Shown: one piece after another, positions 1-11,203 of the stretch
Numbering within the stretch: position 1 is the stretch's first letter
Layout: each line of letters begins with the position of its first letter
Assembly (NCBI RefSeq): GCF_001194135.2
Contig: NC_068981.1
Location: 143,690,460 to 143,754,459 of the forward strand
DNA length: 64,000 nucleotides
Reading direction: 5' to 3'
DNA from: Octopus bimaculoides
Lineage: Eukaryota
The notes under the pieces: model-generated
Seen by the model: only the letters and a program-made list of their open reading frames with translations
Told to the model about the DNA's origin: nothing
The model's database searches: none
Position numbers and translations under genes: made by a program

Positions 1-37
<37 letters not shown>

Positions 38-62
38 TAGGTATATATATTTCTGTGTTTAT

Positions 63-522
63 ACACCTACCAGCCCTCCACCTTGCTCCTTCAAAGCACC
101 ATTGTCCAAGCCTCCCGGCGACTCCAGTCCGACCCCTCCACTTCGCACATCTTTCCCAACCTACCCCTTGCCTCCTTCAAATGATCCCACAACCTACATG
201 ACCTCCTGGTACACAGTTTCTTCCATAACCCCACCTCTCAGTCTGGCTCGTTGCTCTGCTCCCGCCTTGCTGTACATCGATCAAACGGGACGCCGCTTGG
301 CCTAATGTTTCACGGGGCCTCCTCTGAGGTATCATACTCGGCAACGACACTCCGGTCTCGCCCCAACCCCGCTCAACCGGTCATTCACTACATCTGTTTT
401 TGTTCGGACTGTCTTTGCACAGGAGCCTTCCGGACTCCCACCTTCGCCGTGAACAGTAGTTAATATTCCTACTTCGCTGCCCTGCTCCACTTGGGCTTAA
501 CTCCCCTCCTCTCTTCATCTGA
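63..522 (+). mobile_element. Penelope-like element 3' ORF remnant (RT-endonuclease linker plus GIY-YIG C-half), with stops, frameshifts and an internal deletion
   Basis: Frame-joined translation reads TYQPSTLLLQSTIVQASRRLQSDPSTSHIFPNLPLASFK*SHNLHDLLVHS, then LLYIDQTGRRLA, GNDTPVS, STGHSLHLFLFGLSLHRSLPDSHLRREQ*LIFLLRCPAPLGLN, ending at TGA 520-522. This follows the PLE pattern LYIGETGRRL..RF.EH / HF...H / GLSLH / EQ..IF.LG...P.G.N. The N-terminal GIY half is deleted. Confidence 0.8.
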
Positions 523-549
523 CTCCCCTCCTTCCTTCACCCCTGTATT

Positions 550-715
550 TAAGAGATGAACGAGGAATTATTTACATTATTTACATTTGACAGATATTTG
601 TCCTCATCTTATTTGTTGTTAACATCACATTTCAGTTGCTATAACCTCCAGCCTTCATCAGGTGTTTTGGGGAAATTTCGTACCGGGGTTCTCATTCCTA
701 GGGTATTTTTCGATG

Positions 716-748
<33 letters not shown>

Positions 749-765
749 GTTATTATTATTATTAT
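550..765 (-). repeat. Hammerhead-bearing repeat module preceded (on minus) by (AAT)n; same family as 33710-33845
   Basis: The reverse complement aggaatgagaaccccggtacgaaatttccccaaaacacctgatgaaggctggagg...gttaacaacaaataagatgaggacaaatatctgtcaaa aligns colinearly with plus-strand 33716-33835. Confidence 0.75.
621..666 (-). ncRNA. Degenerate minimal type I hammerhead ribozyme
   Basis: Minus strand reads aacac-CTGATGA-a-GGCTG-gaggttatag-CAACT-GAAAT-GTG-atgtt. The CUGAUGA and GAAA cores are intact. Stem II has a mismatch and the cleavage triplet is GUG (not NUH), so it is predicted inactive. Confidence 0.55.
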
Positions 766-899
766 TAACCGTGAAATATTAAATGCAAGGTAAATCACGA
801 TTAATTCATATACTAGTTTTCTTGTAATTTACCTTGGATTTATTTCGCATTGTTCCAGCTTTATCCATAAATTTTATATAATATATATATATTTACATG

Positions 900-1190
900 A
901 TGGACGCACCCGTCGAAGATGACGCATGGGTGTTTTATCTTTTGCCGAAAGACGTGCACAAACGATTCGTTTGTTGTGAGTAAATGTTTGTGCTGTACGT
1001 TATCTCATTCTCTCCTTCAGATCGACGTTGCCTGAACAGGTGCACGCGTGCCACGAGTCAGGTGACGAAGTGATCGCAAAGCGTTATGGTGAAGAGTTTT
1101 GCTCGATGATACAACGCATTACCCGTTCTAAGAATTGAAACCACGATCTCGCTATTGTGTGTGCTACTCCCAAACTACTAAGCCATGCAC
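900..1190 (-). mobile_element. tRNA-derived SINE (family C), degenerate
   Basis: The minus strand starts gtgcatggcttagtagttt (A-box-like) and has gtggtttcaattc (B-box-like), followed by gcgttgtatcatcgagcaaaactcttcac, a body shared with 30793-30975. Confidence 0.6.
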
Positions 1191-1227
1191 CCGAAATATA
1201 TATATATGAACCCATGTATGTATCTGC

Positions 1228-1498
1228 TTAGGACAGGTATAATTATCAACACAGGAACATGTATCATACTTCAAAATTAAGCTGGTCCTATGGGAATCAC
1301 ATCCCTAGTTCTCAACATAGTCCATGTTTCTCTCAATAGCAAGGTTCCACCTTCGAATGAGAGAATGTATCTCTGCCCCGTAAAATTCAGTTGACTGTTC
1401 TTTGAGCCACTTCTTCACTGCCGTTTCCACTTCCTCGTCACTGGAATAATGTTTGCCTCTTAACCCCCTCTTTCATGGAACCGAACAGATGATAGTCT
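1228..1498 (-). mobile_element. mariner transposase 3' fragment (left arm of a fold-back)
   Basis: Minus translation DYHLFGSMKEGLRGKHYSSDEEVETAVKKWLKEQSTEFYGAEIHSLIRRWNLAIERNMDYVEN* (the DYHLF part of the YSPDLAPSDYHLF motif). The TIR is missing. Confidence 0.85.
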
Positions 1499-1501
1499 AA
1501 A

Positions 1502-1751
1502 TTATTCCAGTGACGAGGAAGTGAAAACTACAGTGAAGAAGTGGTTGAAAGAACAGTCAACAAAATTTTACGAGACAGGGATACATGCTCTCATTCGAAG
1601 GTGGAACATTGCTATTGAGAGAAGCGGTGACTATGTTGAGAAGTGTGATCCACAGAGGGCCAGCTTCATTTTGATGAATGATACATTTTCCTATGTTGGT
1701 AATTATACCTGTCCTAAACAAAATAGCATCACTTTTTGACTCACCCTCGTA
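1502..1751 (+). mobile_element. mariner transposase 3' fragment with right TIR (right arm of the fold-back)
   Basis: YSSDEEVKTTVKKWLKEQSTKFYETGIHALIRRWNIAIERSGDYVEK; ends in the mariner-type terminus ctttttgactcaccctcg followed by TA. Confidence 0.9.
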
Positions 1752-2155
1752 TTAGTTAGCTACTGAACAATTAAACGAAATAAGCAATTAATTAATCATT
1801 CGTTCAATGCATTAATCAGATGCTTTATCAAGATCATTTTGTCACCATTTGTAACATGAACAATGACATACCCTCGTTGCTCTGCGTTACCCAAGACAGA
1901 CCTACGTTGCCGATGTAATGTCACCGACAGTGTCACGAATTGCGACGAAACGTCTCTCACAAATCCGAGATTAATTGATCAAAAGATTACTCAAGAAAGC
2001 GGTTAGTTAATTGGTTAATTGGTTAACTAGCTGATTAATTATACGCAAAGAACCTAAATACACGGCATGCGTGTGTTTCGTATGGTGAAAATAGTATTCG
2101 TAAGATACAAAAGTATGCATTGTATATGTGAGATTATTTGTGTATGTATGCATGT

Positions 2156-2192
<37 letters not shown>

Positions 2193-2517
2193 NNNNNNNN
2201 NNNNNNNNNNNNNNNNNNNNNNNNNNNNNNNNNNNNNNNNNNNNNNNNNNNNNNNNNNNNNNNNNNNNNNNNNNNNNNNNNNNNNNNNNNNNNNNNNNNN
2301 NNNNNNNNNNNNNNNNNNNNNNNNNNNNNNNNNNNNNNNNNNNNNNNNNNNNNNNNNNNNNNNNNNNNNNNNNNNNNNNNNNNNNNNNNNNNNNNNNNNN
2401 NNNNNNNNNNNNNNNNNNNNNNNNNNNNNNNNNNCATACATGCGTATTGAGATGTATATATAGATAGATATGACTGTGGGGGCACCAGTGTGCATATGTG
2501 TGTATGTGTGTGCGTAG

Positions 2518-2569
<52 letters not shown>

Positions 2570-2630
2570 GTCTGCGTGCGCGTTCGTGCGCATGTGTGTG
2601 TAATATGTGTATAGATCTACATACTCCCAA

Positions 2631-3913
2631 ACGAAGGTACGCTGAGAAGTTCATAGGTTGATTATAAAGACCGGTACTAAACCAGTGAAATCTCGTCTAC
2701 ATTAATTTCAACCATTCTTATTAATAACTGCATTGTTATGTTTCAGGTAAACTGAAATCTGACTGTTCAAAGTAGATCATAAAAGTAACTAGTAGTTGAC
2801 ATCTGTTGAACATGGACAAAATTTGGCATCAAGTACCTGCCGGAAAAGGTTTTGCCCTTAAGGAAATTCATGCTATGTTTTTCAGAATAGGGGATGACGT
2901 TCCAGCTTTATCAATATTGCAAAAGGGTGTACTGAATTTATGACAGGAACGGAGAGTCTTGAAGATTAACTAAGGGCTAGACGTCCTGCAACTGCCGCCA
3001 CTGAGAAAAACATTGTCATCACCACATTGTGATGGATGATGACAGGCGATTCACTATGAATCAATTAGCCAACGCTCTTAGCATCTCCCGTGACAGAGTT
3101 CAGAATATTCCGCACAATGAATTTGCCATGACTAAGATTTCTGTTCGGTGTGTGCCACGTCTTCTGATACCTGATGAAAAGCGCACCAGGCTGATCACAT
3201 AACGGGAAAATCTGATATTGTTTGAGGCAGATCCTGTTGTTTTCTTTGAATGTTTCCTTACCCAGGATGAGCGTTGGGTTCATCGCTTTGAGCAACTTAC
3301 AAAGAGACATTCCATGTAGTGGAAACATCTCTCCTCCCCTGATCCAAAGAAAGGCAATATCGTTTCACCTGCAGGGATTGATGGCATAAGAATTTTGGGA
3401 TGAGAATGACATTGCGTTTATTAACTATCTTCAAAAGAGCAAAGGTATCATTGGAGAGTACTATACCAACTTGCTGAGGCAGTTACGAAAATCTATCAAG
3501 ACCAAACGCTCACAAAAAACCGACGAAAGGGGATTTGTTTAATCAGGATAATGCTCTAATACACAGGTCCTTGGTTTCAATGGCTTCAGTGCGTGATTGT
3601 GACATTGAACTGGTTGATCACACTCCCCATTCTCCTGATTTGGCTGCATCTGACTATCATCTATTCTCCAAAATGGAAAAAAAAGCACCTGATTGGGAAC
3701 CAGTATTGCAGTAATGGAAACATCATATCTGCTGTTGATGCCTTTTTTGATCAGCAGATTGAAAGCTTCATCACCAATGGAATCCAAGCAATGAAACACC
3801 TATGGAAGAAGTGTGTGAATCGCTAGGAGGTCTATGTTGAAAAAGAAAACTTCACTTGGTCACATTCCACGAGAGTATCTTGGTTAGCCTATGAGGTTTT
3901 AGGCGACCCTCCT
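2631..3913 (+). mobile_element. Near full-length dead mariner element (DD34D family), about 1.28 kb
   Basis: Degenerate TIRs acgaaggtacgctgagaagttcatagg and cctatgaggttttaggcgaccctcct; ATG at 2812. Motifs CVPRLL (WVPHEL), TQDERWVH (TGDE), QDNA and PHSPDLAASDYHLF. Multiple stops and frameshifts. Confidence 0.9.
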
Positions 3914-4667
3914 AAATATATACTATTTATTTGTGTATATATGAGTAAATAATACACTCGAATATACATACACACACAAGCGTACATACACTCAGTCACA
4001 CAAGGTGCATAAGTAAACTATCTTATTTCATATATTGAATTTGATACCTCTTTAAGTGTAAAGTTTTTTGACTGAATTTACTGGTTCTTCGCAGTTTCAT
4101 TCCTTATTCAATGCTCTCTATCTCACTCTCGGCACTTTCTTCTTTTGACTATATGACATTATGTCTATCACACTCTCCTTTTGCCTCCATTTACCTAACC
4201 TACAGAGTTTTTCTTTCTGTCTCCCTCTTCCTTTCTCCATTTCTTTCGCTCTCTGTTTCTCCAACCCTTTGTCACTCAGTGTCACTCTGTGTCAATCTGA
4301 TTCACTCTCTGTTTCTTTATTCCTTCTTCTTTAAGAAGGTCTTCACTCCGTTTCTGTCCTTCACTCTGTCTCTCTTTTTGTTTTTCCTTATTTCTCTCTA
4401 TTTCTCTCTTTTTCATTTTCTTACCTTCCTCCCTTTCACTTCATCTTCATTTAATCACCCTTTCTACCATCGTATTTTTTGCTTATTTAGTCTTGACTGA
4501 CTGACAGGTTTATGGCAATGACCAAAGGTCAGACCAGATTGAACAACCATTAATGCCTCGATGAACAAAATCTCTTCTCTGGAACCAAGCAGTCTCTGAT
4601 TAAATAGCATCTCTAGCAGCTATACATTTAGTGAAAAGTAACAATACATTTACATACATACATACGT

Positions 4668-4702
<35 letters not shown>

Positions 4703-5074
4703 NNNNNNNNNNNNNNNNNNNNNNNNNNNNNNNNNNNNNNNNNNNNNNNNNNNNNNNNNNNNNNNNNNNNNNNNNNNNNNNNNNNNNNNNNNNNNNNNNN
4801 NNNNNNNNNNNNNNNNNNNNNNNNNNNNNNNNNNNNNNNNNNNNNNNNNNNNNNNNNNNNNNNNNNNNNNNNNNNNNNNNNNNNNNNNNNNNNNNNNNNN
4901 NNNNNNNNNNNNNNNNNNNNNNNNNNNNNNNNNNNNNNNNNNNNNNNNNNNNNNNNNNNNNNNNNNNNNNNNNNNNNNNNNNNNNNNNNNNNNNNNNNNN
5001 NNNNNNNNNNNNNNNNNNNNNNNNNNNNNNNNNNNNNNNNNNNNNNNNNNNNNNNNNNNNNNNNNNNNNNNNNN

Positions 5075-5111
<37 letters not shown>

Positions 5112-6202
5112 ATGTATGTATGTATGTATATATATGCACACACACACACACGCATAGCCGTTTATACAAAGAATGAGAGGGTGTATGATTTCGCAACAAA
5201 AAAGAGGGAGGGAAATATGGGGTGGGGGCAGACTAAGAAAACTGTGGAAGAAACAAAGACTGTCTGAGAAAGAAGTAGTGCGTATGTGTGTTTTTGCTTG
5301 AATATTCTTCTCTGTGTCTTTTTTCTGTCTTTGACTTTCTCTCCTTCTCTGTGAACGCACACTCACACATATGCGTCTGTGAGTATGTGTATATGTGTAT
5401 GTGAGTGTGTGTGTTGTATGTATATGTGTGTGTGTGTATTTGTGGCATACATAACAACTGATAAGTTTGCATGCATATGTATGTGTTTAGACATGTATTC
5501 ATGTATAGATGTATATTTGTCTGTGAACGCATTATGCGTGTGAGTATGCACGTGTATATGTTTATATGTGTTTTGGTATCTTTGATGTATATGTGTTTGC
5601 ATTGCAAATTTTAATATACTAAACATAGAAATAAGCTGAACAGGAATGGAAAAGCAAAGTATTATCGAATATCGATCGTTGATCTCCCGGCTCTGGCCTC
5701 TTCATTTCACACACTCACATACTCATGGAAACAAATATGTTCATACACTGAAACACATGTATATATACACAACCTCCAACTCTACTTATATTCACAATTA
5801 AGTTGCCAACAGTTTATAATGCTGACCTTGTTTACGTACATCCGTTCACCTCAATGGCCGCCAGAAATATTTCATTTACGTTTTTTCAATGCAATTGACC
5901 AAATTGGTTATTTCTATATTGATGAAATAAACTACAATATCATAATGCTTTTGAATATCTACCAATTTCTATCCGAGCAATCAAAGAGCAGATAAAACCA
6001 TGATAACCTTAGAGAAGGTTCTTATATTCGTAATTTTGTTTCTCAGAAATTACAATCGAGTATTTTAATTAATTATGGATCATACTAATTTACCAAATAA
6101 GAAACCGCATTCAGTAAATTTTCCATTCGTTTGTTTTGTGTGAAATACTTCGTTTTGTGTGTGTGTATGTGAATGTACGTATGTATATACATACATATAT
6201 AT

Positions 6203-6251
<49 letters not shown>

Positions 6252-6769
6252 NNNNNNNNNNNNNNNNNNNNNNNNNNNNNNNNNNNNNNNNNNNNNNNNN
6301 NNNNNNNNNNNNNNNNNNNNNNNNNNNNNNNNNNNNNNNNNNNNNNNNNNNNNNNNNNNNNNNNNNNNNNNNNNNNNNNNNNNNNNNNNNNNNNNNNNNN
6401 NNNNNNNNNNNNNNNNNNNNNNNNNNNNNNNNNNNNNNNNNNNNNNNNNNNNNNNNNNNNNNNNNNNNNNNNNNNNNNNNNNNNNNNNNNNNNNNNNNNN
6501 NNNNNNNNNNNNNNNNNNNNNNNNNNNNNNNNNNNNNNNNNNNNNNNNNNNNNNNNNNNNNNNNNNNNNNNNNNNNNNNNNNNNNNNNNNNNNNNNNNNN
6601 NNNNNNNNNNNNNNNNNNNNNNNNNNNNNNNNNNNNNNNNNNNNNNNNNNNNNNNNNNNNNNNNNNNNNNNNNNNNNNNNNNNNNNNNNNNNNNNNNNNN
6701 NNNNNNNNNNNNNNNNNNNNNNNNNNNNNNNNNNNNNNNNNNNNNNNNNNNNNNNNNNNNNNNNNNNNN

Positions 6770-7216
6770 TAACCATTTCGCCTGGCGTGCAAACGTTTCT
6801 TATTTCTTTATTGCCCACAAGGGGCTAAACATAGAGGGGACAAGCAAGGACAGACAAAAAGATTAAGTCGATTACATCGATCCCAGTGCGTAACTGGTGT
6901 CGTAATTTATCGATCCCGAAAGGATGAAAGGCAAATCGACCTCGGCGGAATTTGAACTTAGAACGTAAAGACAGACGAAATACCTATTTCTGTATTACCC
7001 ACATGTGGCTAAACATAAAGGGGACAAACAAGGACAGACAAACGGATTAAGTCGATTACATCGACCCCCAGTGCGTAACTGGTACTTAATTTATCGACCC
7101 CGAAAGGATAAAAGGCAAAGTGGACCTCGGCGGAGTTTGAACTCAGAACGTAACGGCAGACGAAATACCGCTAAACATTTCGCCCGGCGTGCTAACGATT
7201 CTGCCAGCTCGCCGCC
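6770..7216 (-). mobile_element. Head-to-tail tandem of tRNA-derived SINE family A (tail type A1); at least 3 units, running into a gap
   Basis: Full unit 6985-7216 starts ggcggcgagctggcagaatcgttagc (A box) and contains gagttcaaactcc (B box). A 5'-truncated unit lies at 6801-6984 and a partial head at 6770-6800. Units end in a gggcaataaagaaata-like tail. Confidence 0.9.
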
Positions 7217-7409
7217 TCTAACAATGCAAATGATATCTTCTAGATGAATTTATTTATCGATTTTTAAAATATGCAAAATTCAGTAAAATATTTCAGAACA
7301 GACTTAAAACATCTTACTTGTTCTGTTTTCAATGTCCTGTTTTCAATGCCTCCTTCTTCGAAACATGTGCCGTACCCAATAAAATCTTTCTCCTTCCATC
7401 TATTTATTA

Positions 7410-7446
<37 letters not shown>

Positions 7447-7811
7447 GGTGTGTGTGCTTACCAGCAACATTTACTGTAATAGCTATTTAAATCTTAATTA
7501 CGATGAATTTTAGTTTTATATCTCAGGGTTTGTCCTGTTAAATTAGTGGTTTGCATTAATGTATTTATTAAGTTTTTAGAAAGTTTATTATTAAAAGTTA
7601 ATGAATTAATCATTTTTCGTATTTCAGATTCTACATCTGGGCCTTTTATACGCCGGAGTAAATAAAATAACTAACAGCCAAATAAGAGAGTCATCGACAA
7701 AATTGACAAAAATTTGTAGATTTATGGCAATAGGAGAAATGTATAATTTAATTTTTCAAGGATATCGCAAGGAGCTGAATTACTTATTTAATAATACTCC
7801 GTCTTATTTTT

Positions 7812-8030
7812 GCGGCGAGCTGGCAGAAGTGTTAGCACGCCGGGCGAAATGCTTAACGGTATTTCGTGTGTCTTTACCTTCTGAGTTCGAATTCTGCCGA
7901 GGTCGACACTGTGCCTTTCATTCTTTCGTAAGCCGAAACATTATGTACCAGTTACATACTGGGGTCGATCTAATCGACTGGCCTCTTCCATAAAAATTTC
8001 GGGTCATGTGCCTAGAGTAGAAATGAATAT
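7812..8030 (+). mobile_element. SINE family A with tail type A2
   Basis: gcggcgagctggcagaagtgttagc...gagttcgaattc...ggggtcgatctaatcgactgg...gtgcctagagtagaaatgaatatt. Confidence 0.85.
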
Positions 8031-8449
8031 TTCATCTTATAGTCAGTAAAAATTTGTCACTTCTTGCAGTGTACATTTTTTAAATGCATCATCGCAACTT
8101 AGTTTTTGCCTGAAACAAATTATTTATTGATATGCAAGAACAAGACCTGAGAATTTTTCGGGATAAAGGTGAACTCTTTCTGTTTTTTTTTTCTTTGTCT
8201 TTTTTTTTTTTTTAATCATTCAGTAGAGGGGATAAAATTAAAGCTTCTCAACTTCGAACTGAAAACAATATACAGTTTCAGCTCTGTAGAATTTATTCCT
8301 CACAAGCGACCGAATATATTCTTTATAATTGCACTTAAATGTGAAAAGTTATATCTGCACAAGTTTTCTGTATACTTGCAATTGAAGAAGAGAGTCCAGT
8401 GAATTAGTCTCCGTACCTAACAGGTACGAATGCTATAACTCAGTTCATG

Positions 8450-8677
8450 GAAGCCGCGGCGCGAGCCAGGGTGAAGCGACCACGGGTGCAGGTCTCGGTG
8501 GTACTAGCAAATATTTGGCGGGACACCTGAGAATTCTAATTTTTTCACAATGAACGTACCGGCCGACTCGGACACTCGGTGAAGAGCACTCTCGGAGAAA
8601 TCGTGCGGGGCGAAACGACTGGGAAGAGGAGGCGCTACCGTATCGCAGAGGGTATCCGATGGCATCTGCCTCGTGGC
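8450..8677 (+). pseudogene. Degenerate, internally deleted 28S rRNA-derived fragment
   Basis: 8485-8515 GGTGCAGGTCTCGGTGGTACTAGCAAATATT matches the conserved LSU core GGTGCAGATCTTGGTGGTAGTAGCAAATATT at 28/31 (reference recalled). Later blocks ggcgggacacctgagaattct and accgtatcgcagagggtatcc...gcctcgtggc resemble downstream 28S segments in the correct order. Confidence 0.7.
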
Positions 8678-9789
8678 TTCTGACCAAGTTTATAATAAAT
8701 GGACGTTAGTAGATACCACAAAGCATTAACCCCAGGATTATTTTGTTTCTGTCATTCTGCTGGTTTGAGTTTTCGAAATAAACATTCTAAGTAACAGTCC
8801 TATCACCTATTGAAAGAAGTTTCTTTCTCCTACACAATTATAAAGGAAGGGCCTGTAATCTCATGTCTTAAATGTGCAGCATTTTGTATGTTATTTATAT
8901 AGTTTAACTATGCTAAAATAATCTTAATTTGAGGTTGAATTAGGGCGAAAGAACATGATGCGCCGGTGTATAACCATTTTGTTCAATTTGTTGATTTCTT
9001 TATAAATAACTTGCAGTTTTTCGTTGGGAACAATTGGGGCCAAATATTCTTTATCTTGTAAAACTGAATTTAAAACTTTCTAAGTGTATAACTTCTAGTT
9101 GAATGGGTTAAGTCAGGCTGTCTAGCTCTCCATTATCTGCATGAAGTCTTTAGATAATATCTTTTATGATTTAATGGATTACAGGAACTCAATCAAACTT
9201 AGTTTGGAAAAATTAATTCATCTTTTACTTTTGTATTTGTATCTTAGTATTTATCATCTGAAATTTCACATTGGCTGATATTGAGATATGGAAGATGAAA
9301 TACTTGTAAAAACCTTTGATAATGCTGATAACGTTTAATTGTATAAAACATTGAGACACGATCAAAGACATCAATTGTATCGAACGATAAAAGCAAATAC
9401 ACAGGCTTGTTTTTTCCAGTTGTTTTCGCTCTCGTCGTATTCATATCAAAACTCAATAGTTCAACATTGATATTTTTAAATCAAAACAAGCAGCAGCAAA
9501 CCGACGCAGAAAAATATCCGTAATTGTCTCCTGTATTTACCGTAAAAAAAAAGTAATGATATTTATTAGCGTCTGATATTATTTTATCATCGTATATTTT
9601 ATTCTACTTTAGATTTTAATATATTATTTTTATCAACACAAATTTCATTCCATTTTAGATTTTAAAATGTTTCAATCATTAAATGTTGTCAATTACTTAG
9701 CTTTTTTACGCAGATGGCTTTGTAGAATTATTAAATGTTCTGTTTTTCTACGCCATCGATTATCCATAACTTTATATCTACTTTAGTTT

Positions 9790-10016
9790 AGGCGGCGAAT
9801 TATCGGCGTCTCTACAGCATCGAGCAAAATACATTGCAGTATTTATACAGATTGACTGCATACAGAGTTCAAATCCCGCTAAGATCAACCTTGCTTCCCA
9901 AATTTTCGAGGCTGATAAAATAAGTAACTGTGAAGAACGGTTAACTGGAAGAATTATTCTGTTCTACTCTAGGCACAAGGCCTGGTTTTGGCGGGAGTGG
10001 AGCCAATCGATTAGAC
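9790..10016. mobile_element. Degenerate SINE A head (+) joined to an A2 tail in opposite orientation (-)
   Basis: aggcggcgaatt...gagttcaaatccc...gataaaataagta, then ttctactctaggcacaaggcctg...ccaatcgattagacc (reverse-complement A2 tail), cut by the hAT terminus. Confidence 0.55.
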
Positions 10017-11203
10017 CACGAGTCATCAAACTAGGGCCCGCGACGTCAATTTGTCCGGCCCGCCGTCGTATGCTGAAAAAAATAAACATGCTTTTATACT
10101 GCTTCTTACGCGTTATGTATTTTACGCGCCATAATAACTACTACAGTACATCACGTGTGCCTCGGGCTAATCAGTTATTAGTGATTACAATTAAAGCGAG
10201 AATATCTAACGCTGAGGACTAAGACTGCTTTTGTTTTTTCTTCACCCATTGTTATGGCTACTAAGAACAAAAACGTTGATGATGAATGTCGCATTTTCAA
10301 TAAAGAATGGGGAGAAAAGTACTTCTTTGTGGAAACAAACGACCAGAAAGCTAATTGCCTGATATGCAACGAAAGTGTTGCTGTTATGAAAGAGAACAAT
10401 ATTCGTCGTCACTACGAAGCAAAACATCTCTCAACACATTCTAAATATTCTGTAAAGTTGCAGTCCGAGAAATTTAAATCTATGAATCGTAGTTTGGAAT
10501 CTCAAAAGAATTTCTTTACGAAAAAGTGTGTTAAAAATGAATCTAACACTCGTGTAAGTTACAAAATAATGAATAAGTTGGCAGAGCGAGGAAAACCATT
10601 TACTGACGGAAACTTTCTAAAAGAGTGCATGATGGAAGCAGCAAATGACTTGTGTCCTGAAAAATCTAATATGTTTGGCTGTGTCAGCCTTTCAGCAAGT
10701 TCAGTTGTGCTGAGAATAGAAGAACTTGGAGAGAATATACAGTTACAGATACATAAGTAAACTAAGGAATGTTTGTGGTAATCTCTTGCTATGGATGAGT
10801 CTACTGATCTTTCTAGTACGTCACAACTTCTTGTGTTCATTCGTGGTGTTAATTGCAACTTTAAGACTGTAGAAGAAATGGCATCCGTTTGCAGTAGACA
10901 TGGAACAACAACTGGAGAATATATTTTCATAGAGGTGTAGAAAACTTTACAAAACTATAACCTTCAGTGGAATTAGCTTCGATGTGTTACAGTCGATGGA
11001 GGAAAAAACATGGCAGGATTGAGGAAGGGTTTGGTAAGGCGGATCGAGACCAAGCTGGGGGAACTTCAACTTCCGAAGCTCTCTTTATACACTGCATTAT
11101 ACATCAGCAAGCGCTCTGTGGAAAACAATTAGATATTTCTTACGTACTAAAACCGGTTACAACTGTGGTGAACTTTATTCGGAATCAAGGGCTTAATAGA
11201 CGC
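10017..11203 (+). mobile_element. hAT DNA transposon, SPIN/Buster (GTF2IRD2/EPM2AIP1-like) type; 5' TIR plus N-terminal part of a dead transposase
   Basis: Terminus cacgagtcatcaaactagggcccgcg resembles the CAGGGGTC..CAAACTACGGCCCGCG hAT end. The ORF at 10254 reads ECRIFNKEWGEKYFF..CLIC..KENNIRRHYEAKH (BED finger), then DESTD (about 10794), VTVDGGKNM and HCIIHQQALC (CxxH). Contains stops and a frameshift; 3' end absent. Confidence 0.9.

Noticed and set aside
6770-7216. CRISPR-like or prokaryotic repeat array
   Set aside because: Units are SINE copies of about 200 bp without unique spacers, in a clearly eukaryotic context with no cas genes.
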